From Raillietiella orientalis (taxonomy: Eukaryota): 64,000 nucleotides of DNA. Of this stretch, positions 12,601-22,944 are shown one piece after another. The number at the start of each line of letters is the position of its first letter. Positions within the stretch are counted from its first letter, which is position 1. The position numbers were made by a program, and so were the translations under genes. The stretch covers positions 3,658,001 through 3,722,000 of the forward strand of contig JAYWIR010000009.1 of NCBI GenBank assembly GCA_036172245.1, in the 5' to 3' direction. The notes below the pieces were generated by a model. That model was given only the letters and a program-made list of their open reading frames with translations. It did not search any database and was not told the DNA's origin.

Positions 12601-13150
12601 TGTGCCAAATGCGGAGCGGTTGAATCGCTTCCGCATTTGCTATTTGAATGCGGTGCCCTCCAGGAGCTGTGGCGGCGGCTGTCTTCAGCGCTCCTGCACC
12701 CCGCAGTGGATTGGATGCGCCGCTTCTTCACGCGTGGCGTTCTTTCTCTTATAGCGGTCGTCGCAATCATTTGCTGCGTCCGCGCCACTGTCAGGGCCCG
12801 CCACGTATTGCAGATGCGAGCGGTCCCAACATCGGTCCCCGACAGTGCAACCTGCAATCTGCAACTGGCTGCCGGGTGGCCACACCTTGAAGCAGAAGTG
12901 AGGACGGAGATTGCCGGCATTCACCGCCGGTTCTGAGAATAGGAACGGTTGGACTGCATACCCCTATCCCTGCCCTCCTACCCTATTTATTTATTTATTG
13001 TCCCCTCCTCCCCCGTTCCGAACTCTCAGTGTGCCCTGCCTACGTGCCGGAAACCCTCCTCCCCATCTTCTGTTCCCCTTACCTGGGAACACAGTTCCCA
13101 GAAGACATTATTAATAAACGTCCCGGCGCAACCGGGTAATAAACGACGGG
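9660..13150 (+). mobile_element. L1/Tx1-clade non-LTR retrotransposon, best-preserved copy (ORF1 remnant, truncated AP endonuclease, RT, C-terminal Cys/His finger, 3' UTR)
   Basis: ORF1-like PEAVHALRHRLPPYADV at ~9900; EN-like SPNARARGLAA at ~10470; RT motifs at 11050-11580; CAKCGAVESLPHLLFEC at ~12600; pyrimidine-rich 3' UTR and AATAAA at 13113. Confidence 0.8.
10860..12936 (+). pseudogene. Non-LTR reverse transcriptase (ORF2), frameshifted
   Basis: ORF 10625-12754 contains VDLCKAFDSV, IRQGDSLSPLLF, AYADD, GLSVNRTKS, FKYLGV and DAGLGIL. A frameshift near 12470 moves the CxxC...H...C domain into ORF 12307-12936. Upstream RT motifs are degraded. Confidence 0.92.
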
Positions 13151-14149
13151 GCACCTCCTCCCTTCTGTTTCGCATCCCTGGATCCTTCCGGAGTCCCCGA
13201 AAATCCCTCCCGCGCGCTCCTCATCTCGGTGGAGGCGTCCGGGAGCCCGCAGTCCACGGGACGGGCGTTTCTGCTAGCCGCGCCGACCGCAGTCAACCCC
13301 CCCCCTTCCTCCCCGTTCAGTCGGACGAAGGGTCCCACGGTTCCTCGAGTCATCCTTGGCTTCTTGGCAGCTCGTTGTCATGGTTTCGGCGTCCTCTCAG
13401 CAGCGCGATGCGACGGGCTTTCAGGCCGTCGTCCAGAATCCGCCCTGTGCTCCCGGGACGCAGCTCGAAGTTCAGTTAACCCAAACGGAGAGAGACCCAT
13501 CTCTGGGGAGGAATAAAGGGGAGAGGGGGAAACGACCTCTCTCCGCCTCAGGACACCGACGGATTCTGTGCAAGTCGTGCAGAAAGGAAGATTCCGAGCC
13601 GGTGAGACGAGGCCGTCCGGCCCTTCGGCCCTCTGTTCCCTTTCAAACCCCCCTTCCTCTTCCTCTCCGGTTCTCGTTTCGGGTTCCCGCTGCGCTCCCC
13701 TCCCCCCCTTTTTTCGAGACAAAAAGCGGGAGAGGCAACGACGCCTGGACGCCTTTTCGCTTCGTTCCCAAGGTCGCCTCCTTCTCGAATCCCCGTCGCC
13801 GCGGGGTGCGCTCGTCCGCGGCTCTCCGCTTCCAGGCTGGGTGGGCCCGCCGGAACTCCAGGGGATCCCCCGCTCGTCCTCAGGGGGATCCTAAGAACGC
13901 GAGGGGGGGGCACCACAGCCCCGCAGGGGATCGGCGGGCGGCTCATCAAATCTCCCGCCGGTCGGTGCGGGTGGAAACGGCTACGGTCCGCGGATGGAGG
14001 GAAGCAGGAGATTCTCCCTTCTCTCCATCGTGGGGAGGAGTGGGTCCGGATGGGGAAGGTGGACTCGTGGAAATGCCGCAACGAGGAAACTCACTATTCC
14101 GGGCGGGATCCCCGGCGGAGCTCCTGCTTCGGGAGGAGGGGAGGAGCGC

Positions 14150-14960
14150 GTTCCCGGGAAAGGGCCCCTACCGCTCCCACGGGAGGCGCCGCCAGCCGGC
14201 GAACAGAGCCCGAAATCCACCTGGCTGCTTCGAGTCCCGGCCGCGAGATGATGCTGGTTGGCCCCTTCTGCGCGGCGGCCCTGGTGAAAGCAGCCCGAAA
14301 TCGGGTGCCCCGTTGACCGCCCGGGATACGAGGAGTCCTCCGGGGTCCTCCTAGGAATCGAATAGCCTTTCGGGGTTCCCCTACATTTGCGCAAATGTGA
14401 GAAGTCCCCTTCCTTGTGGGAGAATCCCCCCATCGAGTGCCGCGAAGCTGGCTGACCTCCCCTGGGAGGTCGCCTCTCCAGAGTATCCAAGAAGTGCTTT
14501 GAGAGCCCTCCAGGGAGCGACCCCTCAAAGAAATAGGGAAGCGTCCCTTCGGGGTTGCCTTCAGAGGAGTTCAGGCAAAGAGCGGGGGTGGCCCCTACGG
14601 AGGAGGAATTCAGGAGCGGCCCCTTCCAGGAAGTCCCTCTGGAGATAACAAGGAAGAGGTCTCGTCCTGGTTCCCTTCGGAGGCAACCAGGACGAGGTTT
14701 CCACTTCCCAAGCGTAAGAGAGGAAAGGACTCCTTCCTCCGGGGCCTTTCTATATTCATCGGGTAGTCCTTCCGGGGTCGCCCCCCATGAATTGAAGGAT
14801 CCACGCGCGGCCTTGAGTGGCGCGGACGGCCTCAAAGAGCTCCGCGAGCAGCCCCTCGGGGGAGGTCCCTCCATCTCGTGCCATGGGACTGGTTGACACC
14901 CCATCCTCGGGGTGGTCTGCTCTCCAGAGAACTGAGAAGGCACCGCGCCCTCACCTCTCG
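14150..14960 (+). mobile_element. Family X repeat, copy 3, with partial internal tandem copy (14850-14960)
   Basis: GCGAGATGATGCTGGTTGGCC, GGGTGCCCCGTTGAC, GGCAACCAGGACGAGGTTTCC and CCCAAGCGTAAGAG. Confidence 0.7.
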
Positions 14961-15059
14961 GGACGCGAGCGAAAGACCCCGGACCGGGGACCCAGTCAGA
15001 TGGGCAGAGGTCCGAAGGAGTAAAAACCGGAAGGACTCAGGGAATCCAGAAATGATGCG

Positions 15060-15520
15060 CTCCCGAATTTTCCATACCGGGTAGATCTCCTGCAGAAGAG
15101 CTGCTCCTATTTTCCCTTCTCTGAAGAGAATCCGAAGGGATGCTTCCCGATTTCTCTGAGGGGTCTCTCCCCGAAGGGCTTGCAGCGCGCTTCTTGCACG
15201 CTGGAGAGGTGCCGCCCATCCACCAGCTCCATGCCACGGTTCACCTCCGAAGAAAGAGACGTCTCCTATGCACAACAGGAGGGTCCTGAAGGTCTCCTCG
15301 ATTCCTGAATGGACCCAGGAGGGTCGATCCCCAACCCCGCCTACTCATAGGAGGCATCCCGTTCTTACCAGCTTCTGCCAGTGCCTCACCTGATTATGGA
15401 CCAATAGCGTCATCTCGCGGGGGGAACTCGAACCTGCGACGTACCCCTCACCCCCGCATGCTCAGAGTTTGAACCTACGATGCCCGGTGCCGCGCATGGA
15501 GGATGCAGTCGCCAGCGCGG
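15060..15520 (-). mobile_element. Family X repeat, copy 4 (inverted)
   Basis: Reverse complement reads GCATCGTAGGTTCAAAC...CAGGTTCGAGTTCCCCCCGCGAGATGACGCTATTGG...GGCACTGG...GGGATGCC...CCTCAGAGAAATCGGGAAGCATCCCTTCGG. Confidence 0.7.
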
Positions 15521-15529
15521 ACTCAGGGA

Positions 15530-17180
15530 GGTGCAGGCGTGGGTGACGAGACGCTTCGTTCCTCCGGGAGGCTCGAGAAGAGCTGGCGCCTGAAAGATCA
15601 TCTTGCCCGCGATCTCCTCTCAAGGAAGAGGTTGGGATCTCCCCGATGCATCCCCATCGTCTCTGGACCGCGGGGTCGAGAGAGCATCACTCACGAAACG
15701 AAGGCTGGTCGAGGGATGGAAAGGAATTTGACGATGAGGAGGGATGCGATGGACGGATAACGTATTGCGGCTCGCTGACGTCTCCCCGGTCTGGCCAGCA
15801 GGAGAAGGGAAGGCGACGATCCGCACTGGGGAGATCGCGGAAGGGTTTCGGGTGTCGCCGGCATTCTGGACCTGTCGAGAGCAGCGCCCTCCCGGTCCGG
15901 TCTCCGAGTTCCCTTTGCTCCCTCAGCCAAGCGCCGACAGGCGCTCGTCTCGGGTCCATCCAGGGATGCAACAGCGGCTCGAGAGAGAGGAGCGACGCTC
16001 GACTCCTCGATCCAACCACCGAGCGAACGCCGCCGAAACAGGTGACGCTGGCTTCAGGGTCAGCAGGGCGCGGACCGGCCAAGAGGAGGGGACCTCGCCG
16101 CCATATGCGTCCCCGGACGAGGGGCGCCCCAGAGGGCAGCCCCAGAGAGAACTTCCCGGTACCGAAGATCCTGGGGATGAGGACGACGGAGCTCTTGCAA
16201 GAGAAGAGGGAGATCGAGTGGGGCAGGACGATATTGCTCAGGACCGAGGTCTGCGTCTTCGACCTACACGGAGTCGTCCGGGTCCCGACGAATGCCGGCA
16301 GGACGCTGTCCATCGAGGAGTAGCCGGGAAGGTAGAAGCCGCTGAGCCACGTCCAGGATAGGCCGACGTTGCGACTCTGAGGGTCCCATCTCGAGGACTT
16401 TTGCGCTGGGGCGATCTACTTTCGGTGGAAGATTTACAGTGGCTCCCGGCGCTCTTGGACACCCCGACCTTCCCTCTAAACGGTCAGGAGTAGGCGCTGC
16501 TTCTGCTGCACTGGAGTCTCCAGTGCAGCGCCTTCCGGCATCAATGGACGCAGGGGGGCAAATGTGGCAGGTAGGGGGAGTGCGAATTTCTCCCGCATCT
16601 GCTTCTGTGGGACTGTGTTGCCCTACAGCCCTTCTGGGAACGCTTCACCGCGACCCTGGGAACCCCCGACGGCAACTCTAAGGACACTTTACGATCCTTC
16701 CTCCTCCTACACGACGCCCTTCGTCCGGCAGCCTCGCTAGCAGCCCCCTGTACTGCCTACGTGGGATTGTGGCGGCCTGGAGCCACGCAAGAGGAGGACC
16801 GAGCGACAGGGGTGCCACATCCACTATGACGTCCACTTCAAGAGGATGCTAACGAGATGGTCCAACCTGGTAAACAACACCCAGCAAGAGATTGTCAACA
16901 TCCTAGAAAGGATGCGGAGGACCGTCCCTAGCAGGACGTCACCTCTTTCCGCATCGCCCCCAAGAAAAATTGTTTTATTTTTTTCTTTCTTTTTCTTTTT
17001 TTTATTTGCCTTCTCCCCTCTGTTGCCAGGGCGGACCTCACCGATCCGCGCACCGGTAACGCGGCAAGTTTGTTCTGAAAAGGACGTGGTTGGACTACCC
17101 GTCCGAACACAGGGATTGTGAACGTTTATTTTTTTATGAAACAAACGCCCCTGTGCGCCCGGGTGATAATCCAGGAGCGG
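15530..17180 (+). mobile_element. 5'-truncated LINE fragment (ORF2 C-terminal half plus 3' UTR)
   Basis: ADVATLRVPSRGLLRWGDLL (~16360-16420) is paralogous to ADAATPRLRAKGLLRWSELL. KCGR*GECEFLPHLLLWDC is a finger remnant at ~16560. A T-rich 3' UTR follows. Confidence 0.75.
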
Positions 17181-17189
17181 CCGCTGACG

Positions 17190-19035
17190 CCGCACTCCGA
17201 CGAGACGAGGACCTCCCGCAGCGAGCGCAAGTGCAAGCTGACCAGTGCAGTCGCCACTTACAGGCTGAGGGACGACGCCAACGTTGCCCGAGTGGCGCGC
17301 GCGTCTTTTGCTCCGTCCAGGCCGAGACGAAGCTGTGAGTCTACTGCCCAGAGGAGATCGTGGACCCATGAAGATGGGCACGTTCCAGCTTTTCAGCTCG
17401 CTCGCTCAGACGTTGCTCGCTCGCCCTCCAGGAGTACGAAGTGGCCAATGTGCCGGAGGACGAGGGAGAAGCTGAGGAGGAAGATCAGAACGTCCGGCTC
17501 CAGCAGGATCGCGTCGGCCCGGCACGCGGGTCACGTGCTGGACGAGCCGCGCTGCCCTAGGGGCGCCGTCCGGTCCTACAGAAGGGGGGGGAGCTGAGAA
17601 CCCGGAAGAAGAGGCAGAGGAAGCAGAGACCACCCCATCCGCTCCTGCAAGCCAGCGAAAGGAAACGGCCGAAAATCTCGGGAAAGGAAAAAACGCCCGT
17701 TTCGAGGGAGCTCCGGAGTCTGCAAGCGCGTTCCATCTGGCGCGCCCATGCAGGTCCGCCCTTGCGGGTGATGGAAGGACGCTCACCGGGAGATGAGGAC
17801 GCTCTTCGACCGCCGTCGCAAAATGGCGGTCGAAGAGCTACCCGCCTCGTTGCCGCGGGCGCAGAAGACCCGCGCGGTGACCAACACCCACCCTCCTCGA
17901 CCTTTCTTTTTTTTTTTCTTTTCCGTTGGAATTCACCGAAGAGGCTCCTTCAGGTGTGGGCGCCCTGCCAATCCTTTCAAGGATTTCCGGAGTCCCACTC
18001 TCCCCCTCAACCCAGCGCCTTACAGGAGCTCTCCGGAAGGACGACTGCTGTGCTTCTGAGTGCTTCCGGGCACTGTGGGATCCTAGGGAAAGGACATCCT
18101 CGGAGAAAGGTCACCCGGCGAGTGTAGTAAGAGTAGCCCGCAGCATCACGGGATGGTCGCTGGGTGCGTCATCCGATGCCGAGGAACCGCGACCTCTGCA
18201 GAATCTCGTACATGGACCGCTGGGAGATATCCGTAGGGGTGGACGCAGTGGTCCCAGACATCCCTCACACCCCTTGCGGCAGCGCTGTCTTCCCTCAAGG
18301 CAAGAAATGACAGCAGCCAACCGGCGGAGTGGGAGTTGCCCTGAAACATTTCAGGAGTCGAAAAATGCCTGCAGCACGGTCGCAAGATGAGCGAGTTGGT
18401 GGACGGCGTCACTCCTCGTTTCCAGGCAACGGGACTCTTTCGGTGATGTGACATGCTCGGTGTGCTCCCCTCCAAGAAATCGTGGTCCCTCCCCTGTGTG
18501 CGATCACTACGGTGCTACCTCTACGGTGGAAACGGGATGGCCTGCTGTTTCTGCCCTGGGGGATTCCAGTGCAACCAGCGCAGACATCGGCTTTCCGGAG
18601 GAATTGCCTCCCCTGTGCTTCTCCTCCAGGTGCGGGGCGATGGAGTCGCTCCCGCGCACCTTTTGTTGGGCTCCGGTGCCCTGGAGGACTTGTGACGGAG
18701 ACTCGCTTCGGCTCTCCGACAGCAGCAGGACGCCGCTTTGGAATTGAAGCGGCTCTTCTTCTCAGAAAGCGGCTTGAAGAAGAGCGCTGCGATCGCAACG
18801 AGATGCTGAATCTGCGGCATAGTGCCACGGCCAGAGTCTGGTTCGCGGCGAAGAGTGGTCACCAACAAGATCAGCACCGTCCAGAACCGCTTCTAGAAAC
18901 GTCTTTAACCAAAGACCCCTGTCCTTACAATCACGCCTTTTTTTTATTTATTTATTGTCCCCTCCCTCTGTTCCCTACTTTTTGGACCGGCCTGCTTACC
19001 GGTAGTTATCCCGGATGAACTTTTTTTTTTTTTTA
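17190..19035 (+). mobile_element. Internally deleted LINE: ORF1 remnant (17190-17600) and ORF2 C-terminal fragment (~18000-18900)
   Basis: HAGHVLDEPRC knuckle-like segment. ELVDGVTPRFQATGLFR*CDMLGV, VLPLRWKRDGLL and SRCGAMESLP are paralogous to 12360-12650. Confidence 0.65.
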
Positions 19036-19139
19036 GCAATTCTCATTTTTGAGGGGTAGCAGGGTTTTTGAGGGTTTTCGGGAATTTTTTCCCTCTTTCT
19101 TGTGATTTTTTTTTTCTCTCTTCAAAATAGACATCTCGG

Positions 19140-20150
19140 CGTCGCCGGGTGAAAACCGACGTTATGCTCCTGAGGATAGATACAGGAGGACTTGCAGAAT
19201 TCTTCGGCGGCGTACGACGGCAGAAGAACCCAGGATGGCAGCGGGGTAGGACAATCTTTGGTCGCAGCATCAGTCGAGAGTTCACATCGCCTTCTCGCCA
19301 TCCGGCGCTGCGAAGACATGGCAATCCCTGAGCGACGAACACCGTGATCACGTGGAGGGCCACGCAGGACTCTGGTGGAGTCCAACGGGAGGAACGGAGG
19401 GACGTCTCTTTTGCCTTCAAGGGCGGTAGGGTAGGAGACACTACGCTACCTACAGAAGAGACAAGAAGAGCGAAAACAGGACGACGAAGATGAGGGAGTC
19501 GATGAAGGAGGAAGAAGGAGAGTAGGTGGATGCCTCTTCCTGAGAGCGGGGTCTCAAGTACCACAGAGAGGCGATGATCTTGCGAACGTCCATGGGTCCC
19601 TCGCCACGTCGCTGATGCTGGATGCGAAACCTGAGGGCCCACAGACTGAAGAGGAGGACATATCTGGGCAGAGGATCCTGGAATGTGGTCAAAGGTTCCA
19701 GACATGCTGGCTCGGAACTACGGTGGGTGGACGCAGGAGGTGAGCAGAGGGACGTGACTGGCGCAGCGAATCAGATCAAGGGAGCTCCCTGGAGCGTCGA
19801 GAGATGGATGAAGCCACGGTTGTCAAGGCTCTTCTCTCTTTCTCTCTTTTCGTGTTCCGACGTTCCGCTCGATGAAACGTGGCCGTCACTGGTGGACGAA
19901 CCCCCCACCGTGGTAGGGCCAAGGCCTGAGTTGGCCTCCACAGGCTCTGAGGGCGTTTTCTCACTCAGGCACCATTCGCCCTTCGAGGATAACAGATTCA
20001 TCCTCGTCGCATATCTTCGTCTGTTGTCGCCCTGGGCTTCCGTGAGGAATCACAGATAGGGGATGGAACGGATCTTGCCGCCGGTGTCAGAGACAGGATG
20101 AAGCACTGCCGCACGTCCTGGATCACAGGGTCGCGGTGCCTTCAACTCTG
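19140..20150 (+). pseudogene. Degenerate LINE ORF1 remnant
   Basis: ...VRNHR*GMER[frameshift]CRRCQRQ at 20040-20100 resembles the Tx1-type Y-x-G...CxxC knuckle context. Confidence 0.3.
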
Positions 20151-20787
20151 CACCAGAAGGCACGCGACGCCTTGATCGACGGCATGGTGGAGCCGCCCGG
20201 AGACAACCAAAGGACAACACCCCCGTGGAAAGACGAGGACGCGCGCCAAGGACACGTCACTGCGACTCCCCGAGTTCGTCCTGTGGAAGGAGGGATCGCG
20301 TCAGGAAATGCTGCCCCTTTCGGCGGCGCTCAAGAAGGAGCACGAAAGGAAAAGGAAGAGAAACGCTGGAGCTCTCCGCTTTGCCCGCCGCATCCGGGAG
20401 CGACCGAGGGGCTGGATCGTGAAGCTGCCGTCGGACCAGGAGATCCCGAGAACGACAGCGGCTGGGAACTCCAGGAACGTGCACGAGACGTCCCACAGGG
20501 AGGAGGGAGTTAATGCCGCGTTCTTGAAACGCCCCTCCTTCTCATCTCCTTCGATTCTCGAAAATTCTTCAGTTTTCCTGCCTGATGTTTCCAGCACGCC
20601 ATCCTTGGACCAGTCTTCAGTGAACTAGCGAGAAGCGCTCAACAGCGCCCTCTGGGGATGCCCTCAATTGCGAATGGCAGGGGGGAGAGGGGCTGACGGT
20701 TTCCTTAGAGCTCCTCCAGCTCTCGTCTTGTGCGGCACGACCGGAGGATCGCCGACGCGCCCCATGCGTTACCCTCGGTAGATCAGG

Positions 20788-21390
20788 TCCGTGTTGGCTT
20801 CGAGGCTGCGCCTCCTCCGCATGCGGCGTCATCGAGCGCTGTGGGTTCGAATCCTGTCCGGGTAAGAATGGACCCCAGGGAAATGGAGGGCGCGCCGTGG
20901 GTTTTGAGCCCCTCGCACGATGACGCCGACTGGCCTGTAGGCTTTGGGATGCCCCGTTGACTGGCCGGGTTTGGGAAGTTGACTCTCCGGGGTCATTCCA
21001 GAAACCGAGGAGCTCCGGTTCCCTTCGGGGTTCGTCCTTTGCTGCCGCGAAAATGAAACCCTCTTCCCCCCCTCGGAGGATGACCCTCCATCGCTTCCCA
21101 TGGAACTGGCTGATACCTCTCCAGAGTCTCAGGAAGGGAGCTGCTTCCTTCAGAGAAATCGCGGAGACGTCCTTTCGGGATTTTCTTCGGAGAATAAACG
21201 AGGAGCGACCCCACAAACCGGGAGTTCCGTCCGAAAAGAACGAGGAAGGGACGGTTCCTTTCGGGGTTCCCCCCAAGCGTAAGTGGAACGGACCCCTACT
21301 TCCGGAGTTTTCCTGGATTCAGGTGGCGGTCCCGACGGGGTCGCCTCCTACAACTTGAAGAGTTCCGTGCACCCTCGGGTGGCGTGGGTG
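20788..21390 (+). mobile_element. Family X repeat, copy 5
   Basis: Perfect Pol III B-box GGTTCGAATCC at 20844-20854, plus GGGATGCCCCGTTGACTGGCC and CCCAAGCGTAAG. Confidence 0.7.
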
Positions 21391-22749
21391 GGCTTCAGCA
21401 CTCGGCCAACCAGGAGATCAGGCGGGAGTGTCGGATGCTGGCGGGAAACACTTTGCTCCTCAAGTGGCTCGCTCACTCACCTCTACGAGATCTTCGGTTC
21501 CTTTGGGGGCTTCTTGTCTTGGCAGCCGAGTGATGCCACCCCGAGAGCACCCACCGAGACGGGCGTCCCCTTGGAGGAGGAGAGCAGAGAGAACTTTCCG
21601 GGAGACGAGACGCCAAGCGCTCGCGCCCAGCGACTGGCAGGCACGTGGATGACTCGGGGCTCCCTCCTTCCCTGCAGCGGCGACACGCGGCGATGCCTCT
21701 GCTCCTGCGCTGCCGGTTCCTCCGCGGTTCTTCTGCGCCGCAAGAGGGGAGCCACCGCGGGACCACCGACCATCCGGCGCTGCACCATTGCGTGGAGTTA
21801 GTGGCAGAATCAGGAAGCGTCGGTTTGGACATGCAAAGCGTAGGAGTGACCCTGGACTGCACTTGGGCCTTGCGCAAGGGCAAGGGAGAGAGGCCAAAGG
21901 GGTCAGGCACGAACCGTGCCGAAAGTCCGGAGAAAGCAGGAAGAAGAGGAGGTCACCAGGTGACCGCGTCACGCCTTTCTCAGAGCGCGCCTGCTAGGCG
22001 GATGGCGTCCTCCTTGTTTTCCGGGGAGGCAGGCGCCTCCGTTCTCATCGCGGAAGGAACAGAAGGAACGGCCACCTATTTAAAACAAACAAAGGGGAAT
22101 TTTAGGAATTACAGAAGGTCCGAAATGTGCTGCCGCGATGCGGATGAGGGGGCCAACCCTGATCTAGGTAGGTCGGCGTGTCCCCCTGGGTTCCTCAACT
22201 TCTCAGCCCCTTTCGCACCCGGCGCTCGCACCTCCCCTCGACCCGGGCATCTCTCCTCGAAAGGGGGGAGGGGGAAGCGGCGCCTCGAGCCGGCCACTTT
22301 CCTCCTCCTCTTCGCCCGCGGATCCTCTCTGAGACGTCCGCTGACCCTTCCTCTCGTCCGCAGTTGGCCCGCGTTCCTGCTGTCCCCTCCGCAGCATCTT
22401 CACAGAACCCCGATCCGCGGTCCCCGCAGACTTGGACGCTGCGCCTACTGGTCCCAAAAGATCGGACCTTCAGCCACTCGGCTAGCTCCCTCTGGACCGG
22501 CGGCGCCGCCGGCAGGCAGACCCCGCGTGTCTTTCCTTCCAGCCTGCGACGTCCCCCCCCCCGGCGCCGGAGACACTCTCCGGGACTCCGGGGAGCAGGA
22601 CGCACCCTTGCCGCATTGTGGAGCTGCTCCCCGGGACGGCGACCCCGGTCGTCGCCGCATTCTCCCGCCCGCGCGATGATTGGCTCCCAGCCGCTCCCTC
22701 GGCACCCCCTCGCAGCTCTTCCGCTTCTTCCATTTGTCTCGTGGCCTTC

Positions 22750-22936
22750 GTTATTACTGTTGGCGTTACCACGGTTATTATTACCACTTCTATCGCTATT
22801 ACTATCCTTATTGTTGTTGCTGTTGTTATTATTACTACTGCTGTCGTTATTACTATCGTTATTGTTCTTGTTGTCATTACTATTACTGCTACTGTGATTA
22901 CTGTTACTATTACCACTATTAGTATTATTATTATTT
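22750..22936. repeat. Compound trinucleotide microsatellite (ATT/ACT/GTT)n
   Basis: Directly visible AT-rich triplet mosaic within GC-rich DNA. Confidence 0.9.
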
Positions 22937-22944
22937 GACTATTC

